A DNA stretch of 64,000 bases from an uncultured Aquimarina sp. (lineage in GTDB: Bacteria > Bacteroidota > Bacteroidia > Flavobacteriales > Flavobacteriaceae). Shown here piece by piece: positions 50,082 through 60,381 of the stretch. Position 1 is the first letter of the stretch; every line of letters begins with the position of its first letter. The DNA lies in the NCBI GenBank assembly GCA_947503135.1, contig CANNCQ010000002.1:8643-72642 (forward strand), read 5' to 3'. The position numbers were made by a program, and so were the translations under genes. The notes under the pieces are model-generated. The model saw only the letters and a list, made by a program, of their open reading frames with translations, ran no database searches and was not told where the DNA came from.

Positions 50082-53000
50082 TTATCGTTTTAAAGTAATG
50101 TGGTCTTTTATTTCTTGACCATCAGGTAAACGAATTAAAATCCAATAATCATCACTAGGTAAAGGAGTACCATTGTATGTACCATCCCAACCAGCACTTC
50201 TAGAAGTTAAGGTTTTTAACAGCTTTCCATATCTATTATAAATATAAACCAATGTTTCAGGTATTGTTTCTACACCTTGAATGTGCCACAATTCTGTTTC
50301 TAAAGGACCATTTCCGTTAGGAGTAAATGCAGGGAAGTAATCTACAAATATTACATCAACAGATGCGGGATCACAACCATTTACATCAAATACGTATAAA
50401 GTAAACATACCTGGAAGTAAATCAGTAAAGGTGTTTGATTCTTGAGCATTAGAGATATTACTATCATTAAATCCATATAAGAAGTCACCTTCTTCTTCTA
50501 CATTAATAGTTACCTCATTTGCATCAAAATTTTTCAATATTATAGGTGTAATTACTGGACTAGTAGATTCTGAAACCCGTATTGTGGTGCTATTATTACA
50601 ATTGTTTAATGTACCTGGATCGGTGATAGTTAGTGTAATGTTTGTATTAATGTCATTAACACTTAGATTTATTGAATTTGTTGTTTCATTAGCCCTAATT
50701 GTGTTACCTAAATCATCTTTAAACTCCCATAAATAAGTAAATGACGAGTCAAAGTTACCAGCATTAATTAACCTATCAGGATCGTTTCTACAAAACACAA
50801 TATCTTCCAGTTCAATATTTGGTAAAGTGTTAATTGTTATATTAATAGGCGCTATTGTAGTACATCTTGCACTTACTTGCTGCACTTTAACATAATAAGT
50901 ACCTGTAGTTATAAGTTCTCCGAAAGGAATAATAATACTGCTTTCCGCATCTTCTTTGCTAAAATGATAACTTATATCAAAGTCACTAGTAGTAGGTTCT
51001 TGAGAATCTAAAATTGTAGTATTTAAGGAAGAGAAATCAAAAGCAAAGTTACCGTCGTTTACTTCATCTTCATCACAAGCAGATAATGTAAGGTTTGGTA
51101 TGGTTGGAAGAGGTATCTCGGTTAAATTTATTGAAGCAATAGTCTCACACATTATTTCATTAGATTCACCAGAATTAAATGTTTTGATAGCCTTAACGAA
51201 AAGAGTGTTTTGTAGCATATCGGTTTCAATGTTATCAAAAGCATCTTGTTCACTTAAATGATAAGTAATTACTACGTTGGTCCTATCAGCAACTAAAAGA
51301 CTGTTTAATCGTTCTCTTCTGGTAATCCCACCTATTTCAGTATTTAAATTTTCATCTCTGCAATATTCTTGAGTTGCAGAAGTGTTTATTTCAGGTTGCC
51401 TGTTTACAACAACTTCAAAAGGTACGATTTTAGGAGGACAACCATTAGGGTTGGTGTTATTAGTTATTTTGGCCACGTAGTTATTTGAAGATAACGGATT
51501 GCTAATAGTATTTACATTGGAATTATTGGCTTCAATTTCAGTATTATGAAAAGTAACGTCAAAATTATTGGGGTTACCTTCATTTTGTAGAATAGTTGAA
51601 GATAAATCGTCAAAGTCAATTACTGTAGTGTTATCTGCACTACAAACCTCTATTGGAGCAGGATTAGTAGTATTTGCTTGCCTTGTAATAGTTAAAACAA
51701 AATCTACTGAGTTCGAACATAATAAACTATCTCTATTATCTGTAATTTCAGCAGTGTAAGTAGTTCCGTCTACGAGAGTTGATGTTACTGTAATTTCATT
51801 TCTTATAGGTATTACAGTGTCAAAATACCTAATTGTGAAATTAGCAGCAGTTCGTCCGTTTAAAATTTCAACATCAAATCGAGATAAGTCAGATATTATC
51901 TCACCATCACTGTCATCATCACAAATTATACGACTTAATGGGGCTGGAGCTGTAATACTCGGAAGTTGTTTGTGCTCTATACTGAATGCTTTAAAAGAAC
52001 TACAACTAGTATCAGTATTGGTGATTTCTACAAAAAGATTTAGATCAGAAGTGTCTAATAATAACCCGTTGGTAATTAAATTTGCAGGAACAGGCTCTGT
52101 AGCCCCATTATCTTGAGTGTAAAAAGCACTAGTAAAATTGGTTAATGAAGAATCAACTACTATTTGGGTACTAGGATCTGTTCCAATTAGTGAGCTTAAG
52201 TCAACATCAAAACGGCCAGTTCCAAAAGTGTTTTCACAAACCTGAATAGGACTAGCAGGGCTTGTGAATTGAGGTAATAAACTTACGGTAAATGAAAATG
52301 TTACAGTGTTGAAACATGCAGTGGTGTTATTGGTAACTTTTGCAACATATTGTTGAGATGTAGCTTCTGTTGGAATAGGTGTAAGATTATTGATATCATT
52401 TCTTGCATCAGTTATATTGTTGTAATAAGTAACAGTGAAATTAGTTGCAGGTTGACCAGCCAAAATACTATCTTTTAATTCAGAGGGTATATTAGGATCA
52501 GCTCCAAAATTAAAAGCAACAGTACCATCTTGATTAGTGTCAATATCACAGATCGAAAGTAACGCTGGATTTGGAGCTGCAGCTATTGGTTGTGGTTCTA
52601 AACGAATAGTAAAGTTAACGCTGTTTTCACAGTTTGGAGGAGTTCTATTATCTGTTAAAGTAGCAGTAATTATTTCGTCGTCAGCTATACTAACCGCTCC
52701 TGTAAGTTCTGTTCCATCAGCATTAAAATAAGCAATATTAAAATCAGTAAAACTCCTTTCATTTGTAGGAGCAGTTCCTTCGGGATTCAAAATTTGATCA
52801 TTAAATAATGATAAGTCATACATTGTAGCACCATCGTTTGGGTTCCCGTCTTCATCACAAATAATGGTGTTTAAAGGAGTAGTAATCGCAGGTAATGTTT
52901 TTGGGGCAATACTTACAATTTTAGACGAGGTACATAAAGTTCTTGTATTTGTTAACACAACAAATATTTCACTTGCAGTAATATCATCATCATTAGCATC

Positions 53001-56000
53001 TGTAATTAAATTATCTAAATCAGGTTGCTGTTCATTGGAGTTTCTAAAGAAATAAGTAAACTCAAGAAAACTAATGTCATTTGTGTTATCTATAGTTTCT
53101 TGCGCGATAACTTCAGGAACTTGAAAAATATTTTCCAAAGCAACTAATGTATTATCAAACTGATTACTTCCAAAAGAATCTTCACAAATAGTTATTGGAT
53201 TTACGGGAATATTAAAGTCAGGAATTGGATCGACTGTTAAGGTTACAGAAGCTTGGAAGAAGCAACCTTGATCATTCACTAATTCTATAAATATAACTTC
53301 TGTTGTATTATTAACTACATAGTTACTAGTAGTGTTAGTTCCAGCAGTTCCATTATCAGGAATTCTATTCACAAATCTAGCTTGATTTTTAGGAACATTC
53401 TGTTCTACTTCGTTGTCTTGAAAAAATAAAATATTAACATTATCTCTAATGATTTGATTGTTATTAACTCTAGGGTCAGCAAAAACTATTTGGGGACTAT
53501 TAATTGTTAATAATGATAATAAATCAAATGTTTCCGAACCAGCAGGTAAATTAATATCACAAACAGAAATTGATATATTATCACTTGCTAATGCGGGTTT
53601 GAAAAGCGTATTTAGTTCAATTGGATTAGGTCTTTCTACACAGCCAACGCTGCTTACCACTCTTGGGAATATTTGCTCGTCAAAACTTGATGTAATGTAA
53701 CTCAGTATAGGGTTATTAGATTCATCAAAATCAGGTTCTCCTAATGGGTTTATGTTATTTATAGCATCATTATCACTTATATGGAAAGTAATATCAAATG
53801 ATTCATTTTGAGTATTAAACAACTCAGCTATTTCTGTTAAGTTAAACTTACTTCCCGTACCAGAAATATTATCTTCATCACACTGCGGTATTCTATTAGG
53901 GACTGTATTAAATTCTGTTTCCAATTCGACTCGAAGTGTTAATTCACCAATTTCACTTGCACAACTTGGATTGGCTGCGTTTTCAAGACGGTAAAATATA
54001 ATTTGTTGATTTGCAGTAGTGTTTCTGTAAGCTGAAGGATCAGCTATTTCAATACCCTGTTGTTCAGCTTCTACTCTATCCTCATAATATTTTATAACCA
54101 AGCCTGTTTGAATATTTCCATTTGGATTGTTGTCACTTTGTAAATTTAATAATGAATTACTCTGTAAGGATAAGTCAAAGTCAGAAAATCGATTATCAAG
54201 ATCACTTGTTGTGTTTGGGTCAATACATTCGACAACTTCTTGTAATCCAATTCTTAAATCAGGTTGTTCATTAATTATAAGTCGTTGTTCAGCAAAAGAG
54301 ACACACTCAGTAATTTCATTTTCCACACGATACCAAACGGAAGTTAAGCCATTAAATATTGGATCTAGTATATCGAAATTTGTTGTTTGTTCTGTTGTTA
54401 ATGCATTTACATTGTTTCTAGCATCAGCTTCCGAAACAAAATACGTGGCCGTAAATTCTGGATCAGTAAATAGAAGTAATTGATTTTGAGTAATATCAAT
54501 TTCAAAAGTAGGTGGATTTGTAGTGATAGTATTCTCATCATAGCAAACAATTAAAGGGTTGTTTGATATATCATTTAATAATGGAGCTCTGTTAATTCTG
54601 TATGTAATTGATTGTATCACTGAACATTGACCAGAATTTGAAGATGCTTTTATAAAAACCAGATTATCTTCATCTTGTCTGAAAGAACTTTCAAAATCAG
54701 GGTCATTTTCTAGAGTAACTATACTATCTAGGGGGCAAGTTGCTCTTGCTTTATCTTCGGTTAAAAAGTAACTTAACGAAACATTTACATTCGAATTAAA
54801 TTCATCAATAAAAAGAGTATTATTTGTTATCTCAGTAATTAAATCTGTAGCAGATATAATTCCGTCGGTACTATTTTTAAAAATAGAGTCGTTTTCGTTA
54901 TCATCTTCTACATCACATATCTGTAAAACATCAGTTGGTAGTGTAAGTTCAATGGCAGGTTCAACGATCAAATTAATTGGTTCTATATCAAAACAGCCAA
55001 AGTTTTCATTAGGTTCAGTTATGGTGTTTACTGTACGTGTAGGGTTTTGATCTAAGATCCTTACAAATATTTCTTCCGCAGGCATTTCAGGATCATCAGG
55101 ATTTCTATTAGTGAAGGGAGATGAAGTATTAATTAATCTACTTTGATCTTGATTTATAGCACCATCTCTTGTAGTGTATAGTTCTATAGTATATTGAAGC
55201 TCATTAGTTTCTCCAAGTAAATATTCCTCAATTGTAATGGTCGATGGTGATTCGCATTGGTTTGGATTAATTATATTTTGGAAATCAAAAACCCCAATAT
55301 TATCATCAGAAAAATCCATTATACTAGGGATGGTGTTATCACCAATAGGATTTGTACCCAAATTATCACATATTGAAAGTGAAAAGCCTCTAAAAAAAGG
55401 ATTGTTAGTGGTGTTTTGTTCAATATTAGTAATTATATAACGTGGTCGAAGTTGAAAACTTCCTAGTATAGCTGGTCTACTTATAATACTACCGTCGGTA
55501 TTACAAACAACTTGATTTTCAATACGAAAACCTATATTTTGGATATTGTTTGTTGTAAAGTTCGGATCATTTACATAATTAGTTGGAGGATCTATATTTA
55601 AGGATGAATCGTTAGGATTCCAAAGGGCAATTATTGTATCATCATCAATGTTTCCGGTATTGCAGTTAGCTAACTGTGCAGAAGCATGAAATGAAACTCT
55701 TCTAGAAATATTGTTACCAGTATTTACTAATCGATTAAAATTATCGGTTAAGTCAAAACTAGCAAAACCATCCAAATTATCAGGAGCGCTATCTGTACCA
55801 GGTAATACGCCATCATCACATGCTTCTATATTTCTAAGAGGTGTATTTGGTAGTTCCCCCTCAGGGATAGCAATTTCAATATTGACATCAACTTCACTTT
55901 CACAACCTGTATTTACATCAGTCAAAACCGCCCTAATGGAAATAGATTCACTAGCAAAAGATGATGTTGCTATTTCATTACCCCTGGTGCCATCGTCATT

Positions 56001-57599
56001 GATTCTAAAATAGGATAAGGTTGCATCTGTATTAGGAGGTAAATTTTCGAAAAAATAATTAGTAACACTTTGAATGGGTTCATTATCAATGGAGCAGAAA
56101 GCGGTTGAGTTATCAAAAAGTTGATATCCTTCAAAACCATCTTCATTGGCTCTATCAACAACATAATAAGGACAATCGGTAATTGTTGATAAATTAAAAC
56201 CTGTAGCTATTGAAATGTTTACAGGTGTTATAAAATCACATCCCTGTTCCGTGTATCTAGCAAATATAGTATCGTTATTTGCAGCATTAAAAGTACCCGT
56301 TAATTGATTAGAGTTATTTTCAGCATCATTAAGAGTAGGATGGTATGAAATAGCCTGAGTTGTAGCAATATTATTATTAATATCAGAAAGAGTTATGGTA
56401 CTAGTTAAGGGATTTCCAGAGGGAACACATATTTGAAATGTTGTATCTGCTAAATTGATATTTGAGCTTAATGTTATTAAAAATTCTTCTGAAATAGTAC
56501 AAGAAGTACTACCATTTAAAGAAACATCGAGTCTGTACAGTGTGTTTTCTTCTTGTTGATTTATATTTAAAGAATTTAAATTTCCACCCGGAATTGCAGA
56601 GTTACTTCTAAACCACTGTAAGGTAGTTCCTGTAGGGAAATTTGTGTCATCAACATTTAGGGTTAAGCTACTACTACAAGTAGAAAATGTTTCTATTCGG
56701 TCAGAATTATTAGATTGAACTGAGCTACTTCCACTAGCGTTAGCAGTTATATTTATTGGTTGGAGATTATCATTAAATTGTTCGATAAAAACAGCTGAGT
56801 CTCTTGAGAAATCACTGTCATCACCAATCAATATTCGCACTTCATATTCTTGTCCAACCTCAAAAGCATTATTTGCAGTTTGAAGCGGTATGGTTCTTCT
56901 TGCATATTCAGGAAATCGATTAGTTTCCCCAGATCTTACATCAGCAAGTAACGTTTCGTTTTCACTGGGACAGAGCTCTATGTTGTTGCTGTCAGAAAAA
57001 CTAGGCCTAATGTTATTTACGTTAATAGGAGCATTATCAGGTAAAGTAGCAATATTGGTAAAAGAGTCGTTAGTTCCGGATTTTCTAATTAAAAACAAAA
57101 AACCATCTCTATTAGAGCATCCACTAGCTCCATTACTATTTGAATATTCATCAGAAGCAAATATGTAATTAAATCTAGTGTTATTAGTTCTGGGTGTAAA
57201 CAAGAAACTAAGTTCAGTAGGGTTTGTAATAGGATATCCGAAATCATCATTATTTCCTTGATTATTGTCGTCCCATCCGTTATCGTCACCTTCTCCAAAA
57301 CCACCGGGGTTATTTTGCGCAGCGTTTATTGAACCTGTAGATAAAATTAAACCAGCTTCTAAAGGAAAATCAGATGTGCCACTGGTAAACATACCGATGC
57401 TGTTTATGTTAGCAGTTGATCCGTTTAAAGGCGATGAAGGAGGAGTTGTGCCGTTATCAATACAATTGCTATTTTCAAATAGAAAGTCTTCAACAAGTTC
57501 TTGTGGAGACATATTGCCGTTTACCATAAAACTTTGTGCAAAAGTTTCAAAAGCAATTAAACCAATAATGAGTGTAGCTAAAAGATATTTTTTTTTCAT
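50082..57599 (-). CDS. Giant (2505 aa) T9SS-secreted surface protein: signal peptide, choice-of-anchor-L-like domain, about 17 two-Cys modules, Ig-like plus SprB-like repeat, type-B C-terminal sorting domain
   Basis: Signal peptide 'MKKKYLLATLIIGLIAFETFAQ'. N-domain carries 'NYIFASDEY' and 'DSAVFIEQF'. Repeated '..C(D/E)xD..DG...FDL ... (S/T)(Y/F)(H/Y/F)...A..N ... C' modules. C-terminus 'FPAFTPNGNGPLETELWHIQGVE...YIYNRYGKLL...WDGTYNGTPLPSDDYWILI' matches the gliding-motility type-B CTD pattern. Confidence 0.85.
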   Translation of the reverse strand: MKKKYLLATLIIGLIAFETFAQSFMVNGNMSPQELVEDFLFENSNCIDNGTTPPSSPLNGSTANINSIGMFTSGTSDFPLEAGLILSTGSINAAQNNPGGFGEGDDNGWDDNNQGNNDDFGYPITNPTELSFLFTPRTNNTRFNYIFASDEYSNSNGASGCSNRDGFLFLIRKSGTNDSFTNIATLPDNAPINVNNIRPSFSDSNNIELCPSENETLLADVRSGETNRFPEYARRTIPLQTANNAFEVGQEYEVRILIGDDSDFSRDSAVFIEQFNDNLQPINITANASGSSSVQSNNSDRIETFSTCSSSLTLNVDDTNFPTGTTLQWFRSNSAIPGGNLNSLNINQQEENTLYRLDVSLNGSTSCTISEEFLITLSSNINLADTTFQICVPSGNPLTSTITLSDINNNIATTQAISYHPTLNDAENNSNQLTGTFNAANNDTIFARYTEQGCDFITPVNISIATGFNLSTITDCPYYVVDRANEDGFEGYQLFDNSTAFCSIDNEPIQSVTNYFFENLPPNTDATLSYFRINDDGTRGNEIATSSFASESISIRAVLTDVNTGCESEVDVNIEIAIPEGELPNTPLRNIEACDDGVLPGTDSAPDNLDGFASFDLTDNFNRLVNTGNNISRRVSFHASAQLANCNTGNIDDDTIIALWNPNDSSLNIDPPTNYVNDPNFTTNNIQNIGFRIENQVVCNTDGSIISRPAILGSFQLRPRYIITNIEQNTTNNPFFRGFSLSICDNLGTNPIGDNTIPSIMDFSDDNIGVFDFQNIINPNQCESPSTITIEEYLLGETNELQYTIELYTTRDGAINQDQSRLINTSSPFTNRNPDDPEMPAEEIFVRILDQNPTRTVNTITEPNENFGCFDIEPINLIVEPAIELTLPTDVLQICDVEDDNENDSIFKNSTDGIISATDLITEITNNTLFIDEFNSNVNVSLSYFLTEDKARATCPLDSIVTLENDPDFESSFRQDEDNLVFIKASSNSGQCSVIQSITYRINRAPLLNDISNNPLIVCYDENTITTNPPTFEIDITQNQLLLFTDPEFTATYFVSEADARNNVNALTTEQTTNFDILDPIFNGLTSVWYRVENEITECVSFAEQRLIINEQPDLRIGLQEVVECIDPNTTSDLDNRFSDFDLSLQSNSLLNLQSDNNPNGNIQTGLVIKYYEDRVEAEQQGIEIADPSAYRNTTANQQIIFYRLENAANPSCASEIGELTLRVELETEFNTVPNRIPQCDEDNISGTGSKFNLTEIAELFNTQNESFDITFHISDNDAINNINPLGEPDFDESNNPILSYITSSFDEQIFPRVVSSVGCVERPNPIELNTLFKPALASDNISISVCDINLPAGSETFDLLSLLTINSPQIVFADPRVNNNQIIRDNVNILFFQDNEVEQNVPKNQARFVNRIPDNGTAGTNTTSNYVVNNTTEVIFIELVNDQGCFFQASVTLTVDPIPDFNIPVNPITICEDSFGSNQFDNTLVALENIFQVPEVIAQETIDNTNDISFLEFTYFFRNSNEQQPDLDNLITDANDDDITASEIFVVLTNTRTLCTSSKIVSIAPKTLPAITTPLNTIICDEDGNPNDGATMYDLSLFNDQILNPEGTAPTNERSFTDFNIAYFNADGTELTGAVSIADDEIITATLTDNRTPPNCENSVNFTIRLEPQPIAAAPNPALLSICDIDTNQDGTVAFNFGADPNIPSELKDSILAGQPATNFTVTYYNNITDARNDINNLTPIPTEATSQQYVAKVTNNTTACFNTVTFSFTVSLLPQFTSPASPIQVCENTFGTGRFDVDLSSLIGTDPSTQIVVDSSLTNFTSAFYTQDNGATEPVPANLITNGLLLDTSDLNLFVEITNTDTSCSSFKAFSIEHKQLPSITAPAPLSRIICDDDSDGEIISDLSRFDVEILNGRTAANFTIRYFDTVIPIRNEITVTSTLVDGTTYTAEITDNRDSLLCSNSVDFVLTITRQANTTNPAPIEVCSADNTTVIDFDDLSSTILQNEGNPNNFDVTFHNTEIEANNSNVNTISNPLSSNNYVAKITNNTNPNGCPPKIVPFEVVVNRQPEINTSATQEYCRDENLNTEIGGITRRERLNSLLVADRTNVVITYHLSEQDAFDNIETDMLQNTLFVKAIKTFNSGESNEIMCETIASINLTEIPLPTIPNLTLSACDEDEVNDGNFAFDFSSLNTTILDSQEPTTSDFDISYHFSKEDAESSIIIPFGELITTGTYYVKVQQVSARCTTIAPINITINTLPNIELEDIVFCRNDPDRLINAGNFDSSFTYLWEFKDDLGNTIRANETTNSINLSVNDINTNITLTITDPGTLNNCNNSTTIRVSESTSPVITPIILKNFDANEVTINVEEEGDFLYGFNDSNISNAQESNTFTDLLPGMFTLYVFDVNGCDPASVDVIFVDYFPAFTPNGNGPLETELWHIQGVETIPETLVYIYNRYGKLLKTLTSRSAGWDGTYNGTPLPSDDYWILIRLPDGQEIKDHITLKR
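50085..50340 (-). other. T9SS type-B (gliding-motility-associated) C-terminal sorting domain of the giant protein
   Basis: 'DYFPAFTPNGNG...W.I.G.......V.IYNRYG.L........GWDGTYNG..LPS..YW' over the last ~85 aa. Confidence 0.8.
50793..56440 (-). repeat. Array of about 17 diverged 93-110-aa two-cysteine modules inside the giant protein
   Basis: First-Cys positions were mapped from the DNA at aa 391 (module 1), then 1472, 1581, 1684, 1788, 1893, 1986, 2080 and 2175 (modules 10-17) and 2270 (start of the pre-CTD Ig-like domain). Each module shows an aromatic 'xSYH/xTYF' motif about 40 aa after the first Cys, and a second Cys about 15 aa before the next module. Confidence 0.75.
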
Positions 57600-57628
57600 A
57601 CTGCAAAAATTATGGAGCTAATATTCAA

Positions 57629-57677
57629 CAAAAAAAGTCCAATTATTTGGGTACTAAAGTACTAAAATAATTGGACT
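57629..57677 (-). terminator. Intrinsic terminator of valS, about 30 nt upstream of the giant gene's ATG
   Basis: 12-13-bp stem agtccaattatt / aataattggact, followed by a T-run on the - strand. Confidence 0.8.
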
Positions 57678-57715
57678 AAATATGTGATTTAATAGATTAT
57701 AAGCTAGATGATGGC

Positions 57716-60355
57716 TTATGATAGTTTTAGAATACTCGATTTTAAAGTTTCAATTTTAGCCTCGGCATCAGCCACTTTTTTACGTTCATTAGCAACTACC
57801 TGTTCGGGGGCATTAGCTACAAAACGTTCATTACTTAGTTTTTTTGAAATACTTTTTAGGAAACCTTCAGTATAGGTTAGTTCTTCATTAAGTTTTGATA
57901 GCTCTTCCTCAATATTAATAGCACCTTTTAAAGGAACGAAATATTCATTGGATTTTAACCTAAATGACTGTGCACTTTCTGGTGTGGTTGAAGTGTATAT
58001 TAAATTATTTATATTACCTAGTTTAGAAATAATACCATCGAAATCGGAAGTGGTTTTTTCGTTATTTATAACATGTAGTTCAATCGTATCTTTAAAAGAA
58101 ATGTTCTTTTCTTTTCGAATTGTTCGTATTCCAGAAACAACATCAGCAGCGATTTCAAACTGATTCAATAAAGTTTGATCAAAATCACTAATTTTAGGAT
58201 AAGTATTGATTATCAATGCGTCTTTTGGAGTTCTAGTTGAAATTTTTTGCCATATTTCTTCCGATGCAAATGGTATAAAAGGATGTAAAATTCTTAAGTT
58301 ATCCTCTAATAAATTTATAATGCTATTAAAAGTTGTAATGTCCATTGAATCACCATAAGTAGGCTTAACAATTTCCAGTAACCAGCCACAAAAATCATCG
58401 TAAATCAATTTATATATTGACATTAACGAATCACTTAATCGGTATTTTTCAAAATTACTATCTACAAATTGTAAAACACTCTGAAATTTAGCCGTGTACC
58501 ATTCAATTGCTTTGGCAGCAGCTTGAGGCTGCTCTTTTTCGATTGCATTTTCTTCCCAACCTTTTATAAGTCTGAAGGCATTCCATATTTTGTTAACGAA
58601 ACCTTTTCCTTGTTGGCATAAATCTTCGTCAAACATTAAATCGTTACCTGCTGCAGAGCTTAATAAAAGCCCAACTCGCACACCATCGGCTCCGTAATTT
58701 TCAATTAGTTTTAAAGCATCAGGTGAATTTCCTAACGATTTGGACATTTTACGGCGTTGTTTGTCTCTAACTAATCCGGTTAGATATACATTTTTGAAAG
58801 GCGGTTTTTCAGTGTATTCATAACCTGCAATTATCATACGTGCCACCCAAAAGAATAAAATATCAGGTCCTGTAACTAAATCTTGAGTAGGGTAGTAGTA
58901 GTTAAATTCTTTATTTTCTGGGTCACTAACTCCATTAAATACACTCATTGGCCATAGCCAAGAAGAAAACCAGGTGTCTAAAGCGTCATTATCTTGTTTT
59001 AAATCTGAAATTTCTAAATTAGGATTACCCGATTTTTCTTTAGCCAACAATAATGCCGCTTCTATACTTTCAGCAACAACAAAATCTTGTTTGTTATCTC
59101 CATAGTAAAATGCAGGTATTTGATGTCCCCACCATAATTGGCGAGAAATATTCCAATCACGGATATTTTCCATCCAATGTCTGTACGTGTTTTCGAATTT
59201 TTTAGGATGAAGATTTATGGGGCCATCTTCGCTTAAAACAGCTTTTATAGCCGGTTTAACTAAATCTTCCATTTTTAAAAACCATTGATCCGAAAGTTTA
59301 GGTTCGATAATAGCTTTGGTACGTTCGGAGGTTCCTACTTTGTTGGTGTGATCTTCTGTTTTTATAAGAATTCCTTTTTCTTCTAATTCTTTAGCAAAGT
59401 TTTTACGTACAACAAATCTATCTTGACCTTCATAATGTAAGCCATAGCTATTCAAAGAGGCATCATCATTAAAAATATCAATTACTTCTAGTTGATGTTT
59501 ATCTCCTAAAACCTTATCATTTTCATCGTGAGCCGGAGTAACTTTTAAACAACCTGTACCAAATTCAAGATCTACATACTCATCTTCTATAATAGGTATC
59601 ACGCGATTTACAATAGGAACAATCGCCTTTTTTCCTTTTAAATGACTAAAACGCTCATCATTAGGGTTAATACAAATAGCAGTATCTCCAAAAATAGTTT
59701 CAGGTCTTGTGGTTGCTACAGTTAAAAATTCCTCAGATCCTTCTATTTTATAATTTATATAATACAGTTTTCCTTGTTTTTCAACGTGAATAACTTCTTC
59801 ATCAGATAAAGTAGTTTTTGCTTCAGGATCCCAGTTTACCATGCGGTAACCACGGTATATTAAGCCTTTGTTGTAAAGATCAACAAACGATTTTATTACT
59901 TGTGGAGATAATTCTTCATCTAGAGTAAATTTAGTACGTTCCCAATCACAAGAGGCTCCTAATTTTTTTAATTGCTCTAAAATAACTCCACCGTACTCAT
60001 CAGTCCAATCATAGGCATGCTTTAAAAATTCTTCACGGGTTAAATCATTTTTAGAAATTCCTTGCTCTTTTAAGCGTGCCACTACTTTAGCTTCGGTAGC
60101 AATAGAAGCATGATCGGTTCCAGGTACCCAACAAGCGTTAAACCCTCGTAGTCGTGCCCTTCTAATTAATACATCTTGAATAGTATTATTTAGCATATGC
60201 CCCATATGTAGTACACCAGTAACGTTGGGAGGAGGTATAACTATAGTGTAAGGCTCTCTGTCATCAACCTCTGAATGAAAAAAATTATGTTTCATCCAAT
60301 AGTCGTACCATTTTTTTTCTACTAATTGGGAGTTATATTTTGAAGCTATTGCCAT
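57716..60355 (-). CDS. valS: Valine--tRNA ligase
   Basis: HIGH region 'PPPNVTGVLHMGH', 'KMSKS' and a C-terminal coiled coil 'ERKKVADAEAKIETLK'. 879 aa. Confidence 0.95.
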   Translation of the reverse strand: MAIASKYNSQLVEKKWYDYWMKHNFFHSEVDDREPYTIVIPPPNVTGVLHMGHMLNNTIQDVLIRRARLRGFNACWVPGTDHASIATEAKVVARLKEQGISKNDLTREEFLKHAYDWTDEYGGVILEQLKKLGASCDWERTKFTLDEELSPQVIKSFVDLYNKGLIYRGYRMVNWDPEAKTTLSDEEVIHVEKQGKLYYINYKIEGSEEFLTVATTRPETIFGDTAICINPNDERFSHLKGKKAIVPIVNRVIPIIEDEYVDLEFGTGCLKVTPAHDENDKVLGDKHQLEVIDIFNDDASLNSYGLHYEGQDRFVVRKNFAKELEEKGILIKTEDHTNKVGTSERTKAIIEPKLSDQWFLKMEDLVKPAIKAVLSEDGPINLHPKKFENTYRHWMENIRDWNISRQLWWGHQIPAFYYGDNKQDFVVAESIEAALLLAKEKSGNPNLEISDLKQDNDALDTWFSSWLWPMSVFNGVSDPENKEFNYYYPTQDLVTGPDILFFWVARMIIAGYEYTEKPPFKNVYLTGLVRDKQRRKMSKSLGNSPDALKLIENYGADGVRVGLLLSSAAGNDLMFDEDLCQQGKGFVNKIWNAFRLIKGWEENAIEKEQPQAAAKAIEWYTAKFQSVLQFVDSNFEKYRLSDSLMSIYKLIYDDFCGWLLEIVKPTYGDSMDITTFNSIINLLEDNLRILHPFIPFASEEIWQKISTRTPKDALIINTYPKISDFDQTLLNQFEIAADVVSGIRTIRKEKNISFKDTIELHVINNEKTTSDFDGIISKLGNINNLIYTSTTPESAQSFRLKSNEYFVPLKGAINIEEELSKLNEELTYTEGFLKSISKKLSNERFVANAPEQVVANERKKVADAEAKIETLKSSILKLS

Positions 60356-60381
60356 TTTGGTCTGATTTTTGAAATAGATAA

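Noticed and set aside
51568-57621. Nine + strand ORFs of 63-118 aa (for example 54127..54483 and 57265..57621) opposite the giant gene
   Set aside because: All are antisense to a continuous 7.5-kb ORF with clear domain architecture. Their translations are low-complexity Ser/Leu/Val-rich with no motifs, as expected for shadow ORFs.
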